Source: Octopus sinensis (lineage: Eukaryota). Taken from it: a stretch of DNA of 64,000 nt. The translations under genes were made by a program, and so were the position numbers. Below are positions 1 through 11,987 of the stretch, one piece after another (position 1 is the stretch's first letter; each line of letters starts with the position of its first letter). The notes below the pieces were generated by a model that was given only the letters and a program-made list of their open reading frames with translations, made no database searches and was not told the DNA's origin. The stretch covers positions 58,534-122,533 of the forward strand of contig NW_021832425.1 in NCBI RefSeq assembly GCF_006345805.1, given 5' to 3'.

Positions 1-660
1 ATGGTAATTTATGCAGACGACATCATCCTCTGGGATCACTCGATGAAACCTGAGTGTGCGTGTCGTAGGCTACAGGTTGCTGTGGATGGACTTGTAAACT
101 GGTGTAGGAGTAGGGGTCTAAAGATGCGTGCGGATAAGTGCAGTGTTTTCAAAGTCTGTAAAAGGACGAGGGGTTACACTAATTACGCTCCTAGGTTATT
201 GCTGAACGGGTCAGCAATTGCTGCAGTTGATCAGATGACTTATTGGGCGTGCTCTTAAGCCGTCCGGTAAGTTTGATGATCACATTGCACGTACGAAAAT
301 GCGTGCAATGCAGCGATTAGGCGCGTTGCGTGCTTTCCGGCTGCGGAGAGGTGCTTGGCTACGTGTGTTTAACGCCATGGTGTTACCCGTGTTGACCTAT
401 GGCGTACATGCTTGGCACTTCTGTGAGGACCGAGAAAAGTACGTTGACGCGCTCAAGAAAGTCAGAAGACGAGCCATCCGACTAGCCCATGGCTTAGGAT
501 GGCGAGTGGAGCTCACGGACACCCAGGAATTGTCCCTCAAAGGCCTCCCTGAGGTCTTAGAAAAGATAATGTCTGGGTGGCAGGTAAGACGGTAGTCTTA
601 GTTTGCGGCTGAGAGGCGAGCGTGTGTGCGGGACTGAAAAGGCAGAAATGCCGAAGGTCT
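1..660 (+). mobile_element. 3' part of an APE-type non-LTR retrotransposon (RT C-terminus and 3' UTR), frameshifted
   Basis: YADD motif at 10-21, followed by RT thumb-like sequence. Near-identical to 39560-39930. The 3' UTR 'gtcttagttt..gctgagagg.gagcgtgtgtgcgggactgaaaag' recurs inverted at about 33660-33720. Confidence 0.85.
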
Positions 661-764
661 TAATTATACCCTCACTAACAGCCTTTTATTTTAAAATAAA
701 ATTTTTCCTTCCTTCCTTTTTTAACTCGAACCTATTTATTAACGTTTTTAATTGATGCTTTGTC

Positions 765-1261
765 TCATATGCTAAAAGTATACTTACTATTATGAACATT
801 CATCCTCCTGTCAAAAGCTTTGTAATAACTTGAACTTTCATTAATTGGGTCGATTTTGAAAATGAATCTCTCCGCAGTTAGAAACACATTTTCAAGGTCA
901 AAAATGTAACAGGGTGCCCATGCGTAACGAGGCCGCTCATGTGACACCTTATATCCATGTAGTGAGGCTTTTATTCTTTCTAGAACAATTAGCGATAAGA
1001 TTTTGCACAGTAATTTGAGTAGTTGATTGGTCTTAAGCAATTTAGCTTTCCTCATTCTTTCTCTGTTTTATCTAAGGGAATTGATTTTGATTTTCCGATT
1101 CCAATGTTAATTCTAGAGTGTTCTTTAAAAGTTTTGTCCAAAATATGAGTAATGAGTTTATAAAACTTTTCATGAGTGTATTTTACGAATTCTGCATTAA
1201 CATTGTCTAGGCCTTGTGCTTTTAAGTGGTATAGTTTGGACACAACTTTTTTAACTTGCAA
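765..1261 (-). mobile_element. Degenerate RT N-terminal fragment (RTE/L2-like)
   Basis: KAQGLDNVNAEFVK, KILSLIVLERIK and YKAFDR match RT domains 0-3. Frameshifted. Confidence 0.65.
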
Positions 1262-1864
1262 AAAAGTAATTTCTGGTAATAGCTTTCTTGGAATTCTATT
1301 AAATGGATGAAGTGCTTCCTCTTTTTTAAAATTGAATTATTTTTCGAAGTGATCAGGTATTATGTCTGTACGTTGTTGTAAATGGTTCTTCCAAGTTCGT
1401 CATGAACTGTTAGATTTTCGGATTTCTTTTTTTACGCTAGCATCTTTACCGCTCCATACATTTTCTCTCCGTGCTTGTACTTTCTCACTTCTTTTGCAAG
1501 GTTATGTAGGTCTGTTTTATGGTTTTCTAAAATTTTTCTTGATTTCTCGTTCGACTTTGTTTTTTATTTTGAACTCAGTTGGGTTCACTTGGTTGTGGGT
1601 GTTCATGTATTTATGCATTTTGTAAATGAGAGAAAAGATCTATTTGAGAATCGTAAGTTTTGGGAATTGCCTCATTTGTGTGATTAGCAGCTGAAAGCGG
1701 GGATGCCCTTCCAAACGGGGGTCTGGTTCAAACTATTGAATTGTAGGTTATTTAATTTAAATTTTTGGTTTACTTTGCGAACAAAGAACTCTTTCACATC
1801 TTACAAAGTGTTTATATTGCGATAATACAATAAGTTGTGCTTTTTTGCTCTATCTTAATATAAA

Positions 1865-3005
1865 ATGGTATGGTGTGTTGTCGTCTGTCTGTCTGTCTGT
1901 GTGTGTGCACACCAACTTCAAATTGGCAATACGATGTCCTCGACTTACATGATGAAGTCCTTAAAACCTTCCCCCCAAAAAAAATTAAAAAAAATTTTCT
2001 GCATTTTGGTTAAAATGAACAACTACGATGTCCTCGACTTACATGATGAAGTCCTTAAAACCTTCCCCCCAAAAAAATTAAAAAAAAATTTTCTGCATTT
2101 TGGTTAAAATGAACAACTACGATGTCCTCGACTTACATGATGAAGTCCTTAAAACCTTCCCCCCAAAAAAATTAAAAAAAAAAATTTTCTGCATTTTGGT
2201 TAAAATGAACAACTACGATGTCCTCGACTTACATGATGAAGTCCTTAAAACCTTCCCCCCAAAAAAAATTAAAAAAAATTTTCTGCATTTTGGTTAAAAT
2301 GAACAACTACAATGTCCTCGACTTACATGATGAAGTCCTTAAAACCTTCCCCCCCAAAAAAATTAAAAAAAAATTTTCTGCATTTTGGTTAAAATGAACA
2401 ACTACAATGTCCTCGACTTACATGATGAAGTCCTTAAAACCTTCCCCCCAAAAAAAATTAAAAAAAATTTTCTGCATTTTGGTTAAAATGAACAACTACA
2501 ATGTCCTCGACTTACATGATGAAGTCCTTAAAACCTTCCCCCCAAAAAAAATTAAAAAAAAATTTTCTGCATTTTGGTTAAAATGAACAACTACAATGTC
2601 TCGACGACATGATGATGAAGTCCTTAAAACCTTCCCCCCAAAAAATTAAAAAAAAATTTTCTGCATTTTGGTTAAAATGAACAACTACAATGTCCTCGAC
2701 TTACATGATGAAGTCCTTAAAACCTTCCCCCCAAAAAATCAAAAAATTATTTCTGCATTTTGATTAAAATGAAAACGCGAATGTCCTCGACATTCATGAT
2801 GAGGTCCATTAAAACCTTCAAGGCAAAAATCTCACGTATTAAGAATATCCTTGATGAAACGACAGCGAGAATATTAACAATGATGAAACTCCCAATTATT
2901 CGCGATAAAGAAATTCAATTCATCCTATGTTTTCTCTTTAAAATTAAATGCATATATATTATCGACCATGAATCAAAATTAAAGCTATTATCATATTTGA
3001 CTTGA
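1865..3005 (+). other. Possible secreted protein gene with about 31-aa tandem repeats, broken by frameshifts
   Basis: ATG 1865 gives hydrophobic MVWCVVVCLSVCVCA. The repeats read KMNNYDVLDLHDEVLKTFPPKKLKKIFCILV. A unique open tail runs to 3005. Confidence 0.35.
1931..2825 (+). repeat. Tandem array of about 9.5 units of about 94 bp
   Basis: The unit anchor 'taaaatgaa' occurs at 2011, 2105, 2201, 2295, 2390, 2484, 2579, 2673 and 2765. Unit length varies mainly in C/A/T homopolymers. No unique spacers. Confidence 0.95.
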
Positions 3006-3029
3006 CAGAATGTGCAATAACATTGACAC

Positions 3030-4325
3030 GACTTTGAATAGAGTGTGCAATTAACAGATTTTGAAAACCACTTTGATAGTTGAACCACATTAGCACAATC
3101 ATTAACACAATTTACCACCAATTGACGACACACGACCTTGAATAGAGTGTGCAATTACAGATTTTTAAAAAAACTTTGATAGTTTTGATAGTTGAAACCA
3201 CCATTAGCACAATCATTAACACAATTTACCACCAATTGACGCACGACCTTGAATAGAGTGTGCAATTAACAATTCCTTTGGTGGGCTTGGGCTCCGCTCG
3301 GCTCTCGACATTTCTCTTACCGCTTTCCTTTCATCGTCTTCAGGATTGTATCTCTTGTCCATAAGATTCTTGAAAAATCGCCGGATCTCGTTTGGACTCT
3401 GATATTAATTCTGCACTTTTGCTTTGGAAGAAAAAGGGCTTGAGTTCCCTTCTGATAGGTCCCTCCAACGTGAATGGGATAAAATTCTCAGTAAGCATCA
3501 TGCGGACTCGTTGGAGGCTCTCCTGAACCAGCACAGACTGGCTTGTTACCGTGCACCAGCCAACCGCATTCTGGCTCTTGGCTTAACTGCTTCCTTCGAC
3601 CCATTTGGACACTGTCTTGACTCCGACGCCCCCGTTTTGGCATTTGCCTCCGCCTCGACTTCCGATCTGTAGTCCTCACCCCTGCCGGTGCGGATCTACT
3701 ATGGACGTATACGGGCTCCATGCCCTCTCCTGCAAGAAAAGCGCGGGTCGTATTCCACGCCATTCGGCGATTAACAGAATCATTCTCGACTCACTCGAAA
3801 AGGCCGGCTACCCTTCTGTCCTTGAGCCTAAGGGTCTCGACCGTGGTGACGGGAAAAGGCCGGACGGCTCTACGTTGTTCTCGTTTTATTCTGGGAGACC
3901 TTTGGTCGGGATTCCACTTGTGTGATACCTTCTCAAAGTCTTTCATCAACGAATCGGCCTCTCTTGCTGGGTCTCGTGCTAATAAGGCTGAGCTTTCGAA
4001 GTGCCGGAAATATCAGTCTTTGATGGATGACTTTTGGTTTTGGCCAATCGTTGTCGAGACTTCCGGCGTCTTTGGCTCCGGGACCCTCACTCCCTAAAGA
4101 AATTGGGACATCTTTGTTCTTCGCGGTCCAAGGACCCTAGGGAATTTACTTTCCTCATTCAGAGGATCCTGCTGGCTGTCATGCGTGGCAACAGCTGTTC
4201 CTCCGTCTCGCTGGGAGAATTTATTAGTTTGTTGACTTTACTTAGTAATTAATAATTCAAATATAACTTTGATAGTTGAAACCACATTAGCACAATCATT
4301 AACACAATTTACCACCAATTGACAG
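3030..4325. repeat. Tandem repeat of about 105-115 bp, interrupted by a CRE insertion
   Basis: 'ttgatagttgaa(a)ccacattagcacaatcattaacacaatttaccaccaattgac' occurs at about 3073, 3186 and 4270, with 'ttgaatagagtgtgcaatta' three times. Confidence 0.85.
3274..4260 (+). mobile_element. 5'-truncated CRE-clade non-LTR retrotransposon (CCHC finger plus restriction-like endonuclease), frameshifted
   Basis: CRCG..GLHALSC, RHSAIN, DGKRPDG, IVVETSG and QRI..AVMRGN; homologous to the 18944-20725 ORF. Confidence 0.9.
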
Positions 4326-4499
4326 CGCAATCAGAAGAATTTGCGTATAAAAATATTATTAACTATTTACTTGAGTTTTTCGTAAAGATAGAATTATTTT
4401 CGGTATGCCTCTTTTCCTAAACTTTTTATTATTCAAAATAATTTTTTAAATAGATAACCGAAGGAGGAAAAACGAAGCTGAAGAAAAAACGGTCAGCTT

Positions 4500-5778
4500 A
4501 ATAAGGTAATTAATTAATCTTTTGTGTGTCGCCTCATATGGGATTAAGACTTTGTGCAATAGAGTTGCGTGGATTCAGGCCTGGGCGATCAACTGCAGAT
4601 GTAGTATGGGGACATAGATGGATCTGTGCCATATCTCAGAAATTTAAAATGGCGACCACAATATTGGGCATTGATATGAGCAGGGCATTTGATACAATCC
4701 GCAGAGACAAGCTAATGGAGATCCTCAAAACCATTCTTGACAATGACTCGATCAGAATGGTTCGAGCACTACTTATAGACACCGAGTTAACGGTGAAGAT
4801 CGGACCCGTACAATCAAGATCTTTCAAAACAAGCATTGGAACGCCCCAAGGTGATTCAATATCACTGTACTATTCATTGTCTATCTTGAAGCGGCACTAA
4901 GAGATCTGAGAAAACTAGTGAAGACTACTTCAATAACTGAAGTGATATATGCCGACGATGTAGACTTTTGTCTCATGATAAGTCGACACTCGAAGAACTG
5001 CTGAACATTGCTCCTCATGCACTGGAAAAATGGTTCTTAAAAGTGAACATAGAAAAAAACCGAATATGTAACAATCAACCGGGAGGCAAATAGAACAGAC
5101 GAAAAATGGCGAAACTCGAAAAAAGTTGGAACTCTTTTAGGAGATAGTGAAGACATTATGAGGAGAAAGATGCTATCGACTGTTGCACTTAACAAACTGC
5201 GGACCACTTGGCTACGAAACCGCGAGGTTGGAACGGCCTTACGTGCCAAATTATACAATGCTTTTATTAAACCCATACTTTTGTACAACGGAGGAACATG
5301 GGGAATATCTGAGTCTGAATCAAAATCTCTTGATGCATTCCATAGAAGACAGTTAAGAATTCTTATTGGCATCAACTGGCCAAAGAAAATCAAGAACTCC
5401 ACCCTATACAATATCTGCAACAGCAGACCCGTCAGTGTGGACATTACCGAAGCACGTTGGCGCCTATGGGGCCACATTCTAAGACTCGACCAGGATGTCT
5501 ATGCTAACTGGGCAATGGAATCATATTACGCAAAGGACGAAAGATCTGCGTCCCGAGGACGCCCACGAAATACATTACCTATTGTAATCTCAAAGAACTA
5601 CAACGCGTTAAAGACAAATGAAAATGGAGACGACCTAGATACTCTCAGGAGTATAGCATACAACCGCACATCATGGAAAATTATGACCGAAAAGATAGTC
5701 TCATATGTGGCACATGTGGGAACTTAATTAGTTTAAATTACATTATGTCCTATGACAGTGCTAATAATAATAATAATA
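4500..5778 (+). mobile_element. RTE-clade LINE, 5'-truncated and frameshifted
   Basis: GFRPGRST, IDMSRAFD, GTPQGD, YADD, LYNAFIKPILLYN..TW, RLWGHILR and GRPR. An (AAT)n tail lies at 5762-5778. Confidence 0.88.
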
Positions 5779-5802
5779 TGTGTGTCGCTTTTTGTGGTGT
5801 CG

Positions 5803-5880
5803 CTTCTGCCTGCCGCATCTCTGCCTGCCGCATCTTGCCTGCCGCATCTCTGCCTGCCGCATTTCGCCTGCCGCATCTCC
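5803..5880. repeat. Five copies of a GC-rich unit of about 15 bp (ctgcctgccgcatct)
   Basis: Read directly from the sequence; possibly the subterminal repeats of a DNA element. Confidence 0.85.
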
Positions 5881-6007
5881 CCACCCCCCTGCCCCATTTC
5901 CGCCAGTAAAAAACAAAAAAAATAAAACAAGAAAAAAAAGGAAATTACAAAGGAAAAATGAAAAAATTAAATATAAAAAAAAATAAACCACAAAAAATGA
6001 AAAAAAA

Positions 6008-6307
6008 AGTTTGCAATGACAATAAACAAAGCCCAGGGACAGTCATTAAAGGTAGTTGGGTTATTTTTAGAGAGGAGTGCTTTTCACATGGACAGCTGTA
6101 TGTGGGATGCTCGAGGGTAGGCAGAAGAGAAAATTTATTCATATATGCCAAGGAAGGACGGACGACAAACATCGTTTATCAACAGGCGATAGAATAGGGT
6201 TACATTAAACCAGGTAGTTTATACATCTACATAACTTATAGTTGTTTGATGAAACAGGCCCTCCGCAGGAGCTAGGTCGCGGTGAGCGAAGCGAGCTGCC
6301 GAGCTAG
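6008..6307 (+). mobile_element. Helitron 3' end (helicase C-terminus, hairpin and CTAG terminus)
   Basis: FAMTINKAQGQSLKVVG..ECFSHGQLYVGCSRVG..TNIVY is the Helitron/PIF1 helicase C-terminus. A GC-rich hairpin region lies at about 6278-6301, and CTAG at 6304-6307 is followed by T. Confidence 0.88.
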
Positions 6308-7080
6308 TAGTTTGATAAATTTCTATTCTTTTTTTTAATTTGATTTTGATTAATTAATAAATCATTCTTTTTAAAACATTTTGTTGAAATAATCAGTCAA
6401 TTTTAAATTTTTCTTATTTCTTAAATCTTTTCCAAGTGAATTTTTTTCAAATTAATATACTTAATTAAAATATTGATCATCATTTAATTAGCAGCAGAGG
6501 ATAAGATGGAATAGCAATTCCTAAGCAAGATGGCTATTGATATATCGTTGGAAAAGCCATGTCCGTTCCCGGTGATCGTTTCTCTTGCTTGCCGGTCCCC
6601 AGTTTAATAAGGAATTTTTTAGTTCTGGGACCGAGGACTCACGACGTCTTCACTGCAATCGGGGCAAAGATATGACGGTGCGATTTTCCAAGTTGAAATC
6701 TAAACTCATAATATTTTTTGAGTGTCTCAAAAGATGTATATTGCGTTACATTTTCAAACTTATCTATCATTTCATACGTTTCTAATATCGTTGTTTTGTC
6801 CTCTGTCCCATTTCCATTATAAAATTCGCGACTTTTGACTAGATCTTCGTTTTCCTCAGATATTACTTCAGTTATCATTTCTTCCAGGAATTCTTTTCGC
6901 AATTTTTATCTTCAACTAATTCTTCTCTATTTTTTTCAATTTTCTTCCAACAATTAATTATTGTTGTTTTTTTAACTTCCATCTACGCTTTTCTAATAAG
7001 TACCATAATCTGTCGCATATTAATATTTTCAAAAATTTAGAATTATTGTTGTATCTTCTTTAATTGAACATAAAGTCCAT

Positions 7081-7170
7081 TAGGACTCAATGCGCACCCA
7101 TGATCCTCGGGAAGCGGACTGGCTAATGCAACGGTTCTCGATCGCCATTATCCGGGGAAACAGTTGGACA
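7081..7170 (+). mobile_element. CRE-clade 3' tip
   Basis: DPREADWLMQRFSIAIIRGNSW* followed by an A-rich tail. Confidence 0.8.
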
Positions 7171-7339
7171 ATCCGCCAATATAAATAAATAAAATACTAA
7201 CTAAATTATCTGATTTTATTAAAAACTATAAATTCACTGGCTTGAGATAACCTTCACTTTAACGATAAATATTAAATCGGGATATTTTTTAGATTAAATA
7301 TTTATAACGAAAGTCCCAAAAAATTAGAGGCTAGATAGG

Positions 7340-8060
7340 TAAGTAGCTAAAAGAATAGCCAAGAACCTCAGCTCAACGATGCCGCGCTGCGTATCGAATG
7401 GCAGTTTCCGCGAGCACAGCGACCAAAATTCATTGGAAAAGCCAGCTTGTCTTCCTTCAATCGTTTGTTTTCAAGGAGATTCTTTACCAATGTCAGTGAG
7501 AAGTTGAGTCGCAGCCTTGCCGACAATTCCTGAAGTTTTGAAGGCAAAAGGGGCAAACTCAAAAGAATCCGGAATACACAAGAATTTCTTCTTTATTGAT
7601 TTTATAGCCTGAGCAATGGCAAAGCTCGGGTTGCTAACAGTCTTAGGTTGCATCGCCGCAGAAAAAAGTCGACGCAGGTGAAACCTAAAACTAAAAACTT
7701 TCTTTCCCTAAAAGAAAAAGGTTGTCACCCCGTCGAAACGCTTACCGTCACTCAGGGAGAGAACGGCTGGCTTTAGAGTGAAAAGAAAACCTGCCGACTC
7801 TAGAGCCCTCCTGACAACGTCATTTAGTTAAGTGTGGGAAAAAATTCTATTAGCATTCTTCTTGAACGACAAGGCGTACAAGCCGTTCGCGAAATTTTGG
7901 TCCCGTACCGGCATGGGTGGGGCTGGCAGATGTCCAAGCCCAGCCTAAACAGATAATCCGCAAGGATTCATCCTCCAGTAGTAATCCCGTACTAGGGATA
8001 GGGAGTGCTTTGAGCCAGTCTCTCATATGCGGCTGACAAATGCAGTATAGTGAGGCCAAC
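7340..8060 (-). mobile_element. CRE-clade 3' fragment, degenerate
   Basis: WLKALPIPSTGLLLEDESLRI, RFDGVT, FAFKTSGIVG and RGNCHSI. Confidence 0.8.
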
Positions 8061-8754
8061 TAATGTTGGTCCGACTTTAAGCGAAGTTTGGGTAATGTAT
8101 TTAAACAGTAAATTTTGTCTCAGCTCCTTGTACTAAAGAAATCGCAAGGAAACAAAGGCCAAGTAAGCAGCAAACACAGCAGGCGGAGGAGTATTCCGAA
8201 AACTCGTTACGTTCAAAAAAAGATAATAGAACTGAGCAAACAAAATTCCTGAAAGCCGAGGTGGAAAAAATAGCAAGGCAGAGCCAGGTCCGCATAGGAG
8301 CGAATTCCGATCCCTCCGAAACGTGTAGGTAGGCTGGCAGGGGTAAAACCGTCACCAGTGCAACTCGAATTGAGATGGTATATTTATGATTCGTAGACAA
8401 GATTGTCAATTTTTGATAGAGAATCAGAGGGAACGAAACATAGGAAAAAAAAGATGTAAGTCAGCCTTTAAACATAAAGAACAATCTTCAAAAAGAAAAA
8501 CGCCAGATGTAAACAAAACTTAGGAATATTTGCGTCTAAAACTTAATTATACACAGAAATGTTGAAATTTAAGTAAACTTTAAACAAGACCGACATTGAA
8601 AAAAAGAGTAAATGATCATTTTAAGAAAGAAGTAAAGGGAAATGTTATAAAAATTAGAATAGCTACTACACTTTTAATGAAATCTACAAAATTTATTGAT
8701 ATATTTGGATATTTTTAAGATAAAAGTCTACTCAACGGATTCAAACAAGTACAA

Positions 8755-9900
8755 ATAATTGGGGCGACAGAGAGTCGCCTTGGAGTATATCACGTTCTAT
8801 ATTAACAGTGCCAGCTGTTTTTTTCCCAATCTCAAAGAGACTTTCCAATTTGGAATAATTGTTATCCAACTAGGCAGTCCAGAGTTTTCCAGGATTTCAA
8901 CAAGAAAGTCATGACTAACTGAGTCAAATGCTTTCTTGACGTCGATCCATGCACAAAATAATTTATTATCGTGCACTCTGTTGACGCATCTGTTTAAAAG
9001 TGTAAGTTCTTTTGCTCTTTGACAATGTCGTTTAGTTCCAAACTGGTACTCAGTTATCAAGTTGTAAGTGTCGGCATATATTGCAATTTTTTCATTCACA
9101 CACTTTGTAACCAGTTTGTACAAACATTGCTTACATGTGATCGGTCTGAGGTCCTTGGGGTCAATAGAGGTTGCTTTCTTTGGGATTAGGTATGTGATTC
9201 CAGTATAAAACCGGGTGAATAATTCTGTTAATAATATTTCTGATTTCTTGAAGTAAGAATTTGTGAAGAGAATCCAATTTTTTGATGAAATATCTTCAAT
9301 ACTTGTAGGTAGGTTATTTGTTGTATATTCGATGAATGATTTATTTATCATTTCGATTACTTCGTGATTTACATATTGAGACGGTATCTTCCTTATCTGT
9401 TGCCTGGCATCGATTAGTTTAGAATTATTTGCATCAATTGGAATCAATAATTCCTCAAGCACCTTGTTGTATAGTGCCAAATCAGGGGAATTATTCATTT
9501 TATTTCCATTCTTGGTAATTTCACTTTTATTCACAAAACACGGCGACCGAGATTTTCTAAAAAAGCCAGCTCGTCTTTTTCCAGTGGCTTTTTTTCGAGA
9601 AGAGCCTAGTTAAGATTTCAAAAGCTGCCAAAGCCTAGCAAGCCAGCTTTTGCCGAATCCTGAAGTGGTGGATTACCTGGGTTTTCCCAAAAACACAAAT
9701 TACGAATAGATCTTGGCCAAAGGATATCAGAGTTATGATAAATTCTGAAAAGTGTGAATTAATGGTGAGTAATTTACTGCCTGATCAAAAATGTGAGCAG
9801 CGACCAACCCGTACTCCATTGCTTGCGTTTGATTTAAAGCGTTTTGTCATAAAATTTCCAAAAAAATCAGCTGGGAAAACCAAGAAATTTCCACCCAATT
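8755..9900 (-). mobile_element. R4-like RT fragment, same group as 42330-45840
   Basis: FYTGITYLIPKK, DLRPITC, WIDVKKAFDSVSH and ILQGDSLSP. Confidence 0.85.
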
Positions 9901-10085
9901 TTACTGAGGCTTGTAAGCAAGTCTAAAAGACCCAAAAAGCGTCTCTACTTTTGCTTAAACTTAATTTCTTTTCTTGACATTCAACATCACAGTTGTAAGA
10001 ATATGGTCCTAAGTTGATATATGGAACTTTTAATTGAAACTATTAAATTATTTAAATAAACGTGTCTTATTGTTAAGTGTGTTTT

Positions 10086-10350
10086 GATGGGGATCTCTCA
10101 CCTTCCTTCCGGTCTTAACGTGGCGCTATGGGGTCCACCATGTCAGTTGGAACTTCCAATCGGATATGGAAACGCTCAGGAGGCACTTAATGCCTACCGA
10201 AAAAGGACTTCTAGAACTGTGACCCTGGGACATCGTCGTCTCATTGTGGGCAGGCTTGAGCCTTTCAAAGGATCTCCCTCATTGAATCGGGGATCACGGA
10301 GATTATAATAATTAACTGGCTTACCCGTGTTTGGTCTTTAAATAAAATAA
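10086..10350 (+). repeat. Dispersed non-coding repeat of about 240 bp with A-rich tail (SINE-like, 5'-truncated copy)
   Basis: High identity to 52443-52690; followed by aaataaaataaaaaaataaaa. Confidence 0.7.
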
Positions 10351-10371
10351 AAAAATAAAAAGTGTGTTGTG

Positions 10372-10909
10372 ATGGTGTTTTCTCATATTTATTAATATAT
10401 TTTTAGGCTGATAAACCAGTACAAAAACCTAGAACATTTCAACGATTTACATACAGAAGATAGAGTGTAGAAAAACTGTTTCAGCTTTCGAGGTTAAACT
10501 CCTATTGACGCATCCAGCAGGACCGAGTTTGCTGAGTTGACGACATATGAGGCGATGTGCAGGAAAACGTGGAGAAATCAAACTTTTGTCAAAACTTACA
10601 AAGGCAAAGAAGGAGGCAGCCGAGTATGAAAAGCCGAAAGTAACTTAATCACAAATATTTTTAAGACAGTAAAAACCCACTTAAAGAACGTGATTGTGGA
10701 TCCAGTCATGATTGGTTCCGTTATTGGAGTATATAGTGGAAAGATATACAATAAAGTAGAAATTAAGGTTTGATTATTACTGGGTTATTTGTCAGCCTGA
10801 GATGGTTGGACGTTATTTGGGAGAATTTTCCATGACTTAAAAGCCTGTACAACACGGGAGACCAGGACATGGTGCCACGCATTCATCTTGATTTATTCCT
10901 CTTAAATAA
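10372..10909 (+). pseudogene. RPS15: 40S ribosomal protein S15 (uS19) unprocessed pseudogene
   Basis: [22 protein letters not shown]|TVKTHL, EIK|PEMVGRYLGEFS and HGRPGHGATHSS.FIPLK*. Introns at 10375-10406, 10493-10520, 10640-10665 and 10768-10795. Stops at 10461, 10838 and 10889, plus a frameshift. Confidence 0.92.
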
Positions 10910-11027
10910 TTTACTTTTTTCTTTGTTTTTTCGTTTTTAAATTAAATGCCTTTTAATCATTGACTAACTTATTTCAATAATTAACACCAATTATCCAAAA
11001 AAAACATGTAAATTTAATAAAATATTA

Positions 11028-11634
11028 TGTCGCGAGCGCAGCGCGCGACCGAGCGCTAGACGCAACTTTGACACCTAACAAGCCTATCATCAACAAATAT
11101 ATTTATTAAATTATTTAAAATTTTAACATGATTTAAAATTAAAATTGAAATAACTTAAGTTTTCCATTGAATCCCATAAAATAATTTATAAGTAGACCTT
11201 AATAGAAAAAGTAAAATCAATGAATACTGAACGCTAATTTGGTTTAGGTTGTGAGGGGGGTAATAATTTGACAGATCTCATTGCTATTTTTTCGTTTTAA
11301 TCTCTAAAATTAGGTCTTCTAATCAAAAATGAACTGTGCAGACAGGCTTGCTCCTTCAGAAGATTCTTGTTTTGACATTTTTATAAATTATGAAGCATTT
11401 AGATTTTTTCTCATTATTCTAAAATATCAATTATAAATTTTAAAATATTATTTTTATTTATGAAATCGGTTTTAAAGCTCATTCTGCTTTGGCATCGATT
11501 TTAATTTTTGTTATCGAATATATTTAATCCAAATACAAGCCTGGGTATTTGTCAATTTATAGATTTTTTGATTGATCGGATCTAGAAATTGAGTGGTCGC
11601 TCACTGCGCTCGGTCGCTCGCTGCGCTCGCGACA
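11028..11634. mobile_element. 607-bp MITE with TIRs of about 29 bp and TA flanks
   Basis: Left end TGTCGCGAGCGCAGCGCGCGACCGAGCGC matches the reverse complement of the right end with 1 mismatch. TA lies at 11026-27 and 11635-36. A second, inverted copy is at 30254-30833. Confidence 0.9.
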
Positions 11635-11987
11635 TATTAAGACCAGGAAACTTCCGTATAAGATGATAAAGACTAATGTTATTTTCACAACATATTCAAT
11701 ATTATTGCACTATACGTTAGCTTCCCATCATTAAATAAAAGGACTGAAAAATTTTACAGCAAGTGGGCTAATAAAAGTATTTAATTTTGTCAATAATGTA
11801 TCCTTATCTTATGTGCTTGATGGAATTCTGCATTTCGTTTTTTATGATATGAACTTTAATGTTTATGACATTTTGAAATAAGAGAATATCAGTTAAAATA
11901 AAGAGGAATTGCAAAAATCAGAAAATTTACAAAGACAAAGAAAGTCAACAAAGAAAGGAAAAGGTCCCGTTTACGAAACTAATTCAT

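Noticed and set aside
905-946. TG...CA mini solo-LTR, similar to 23316-23356
   Set aside because: There is no TSD, and the similarity extends beyond the proposed ends.
1931-2825. CRISPR-like array
   Set aside because: There are no unique spacers and the context is eukaryotic.
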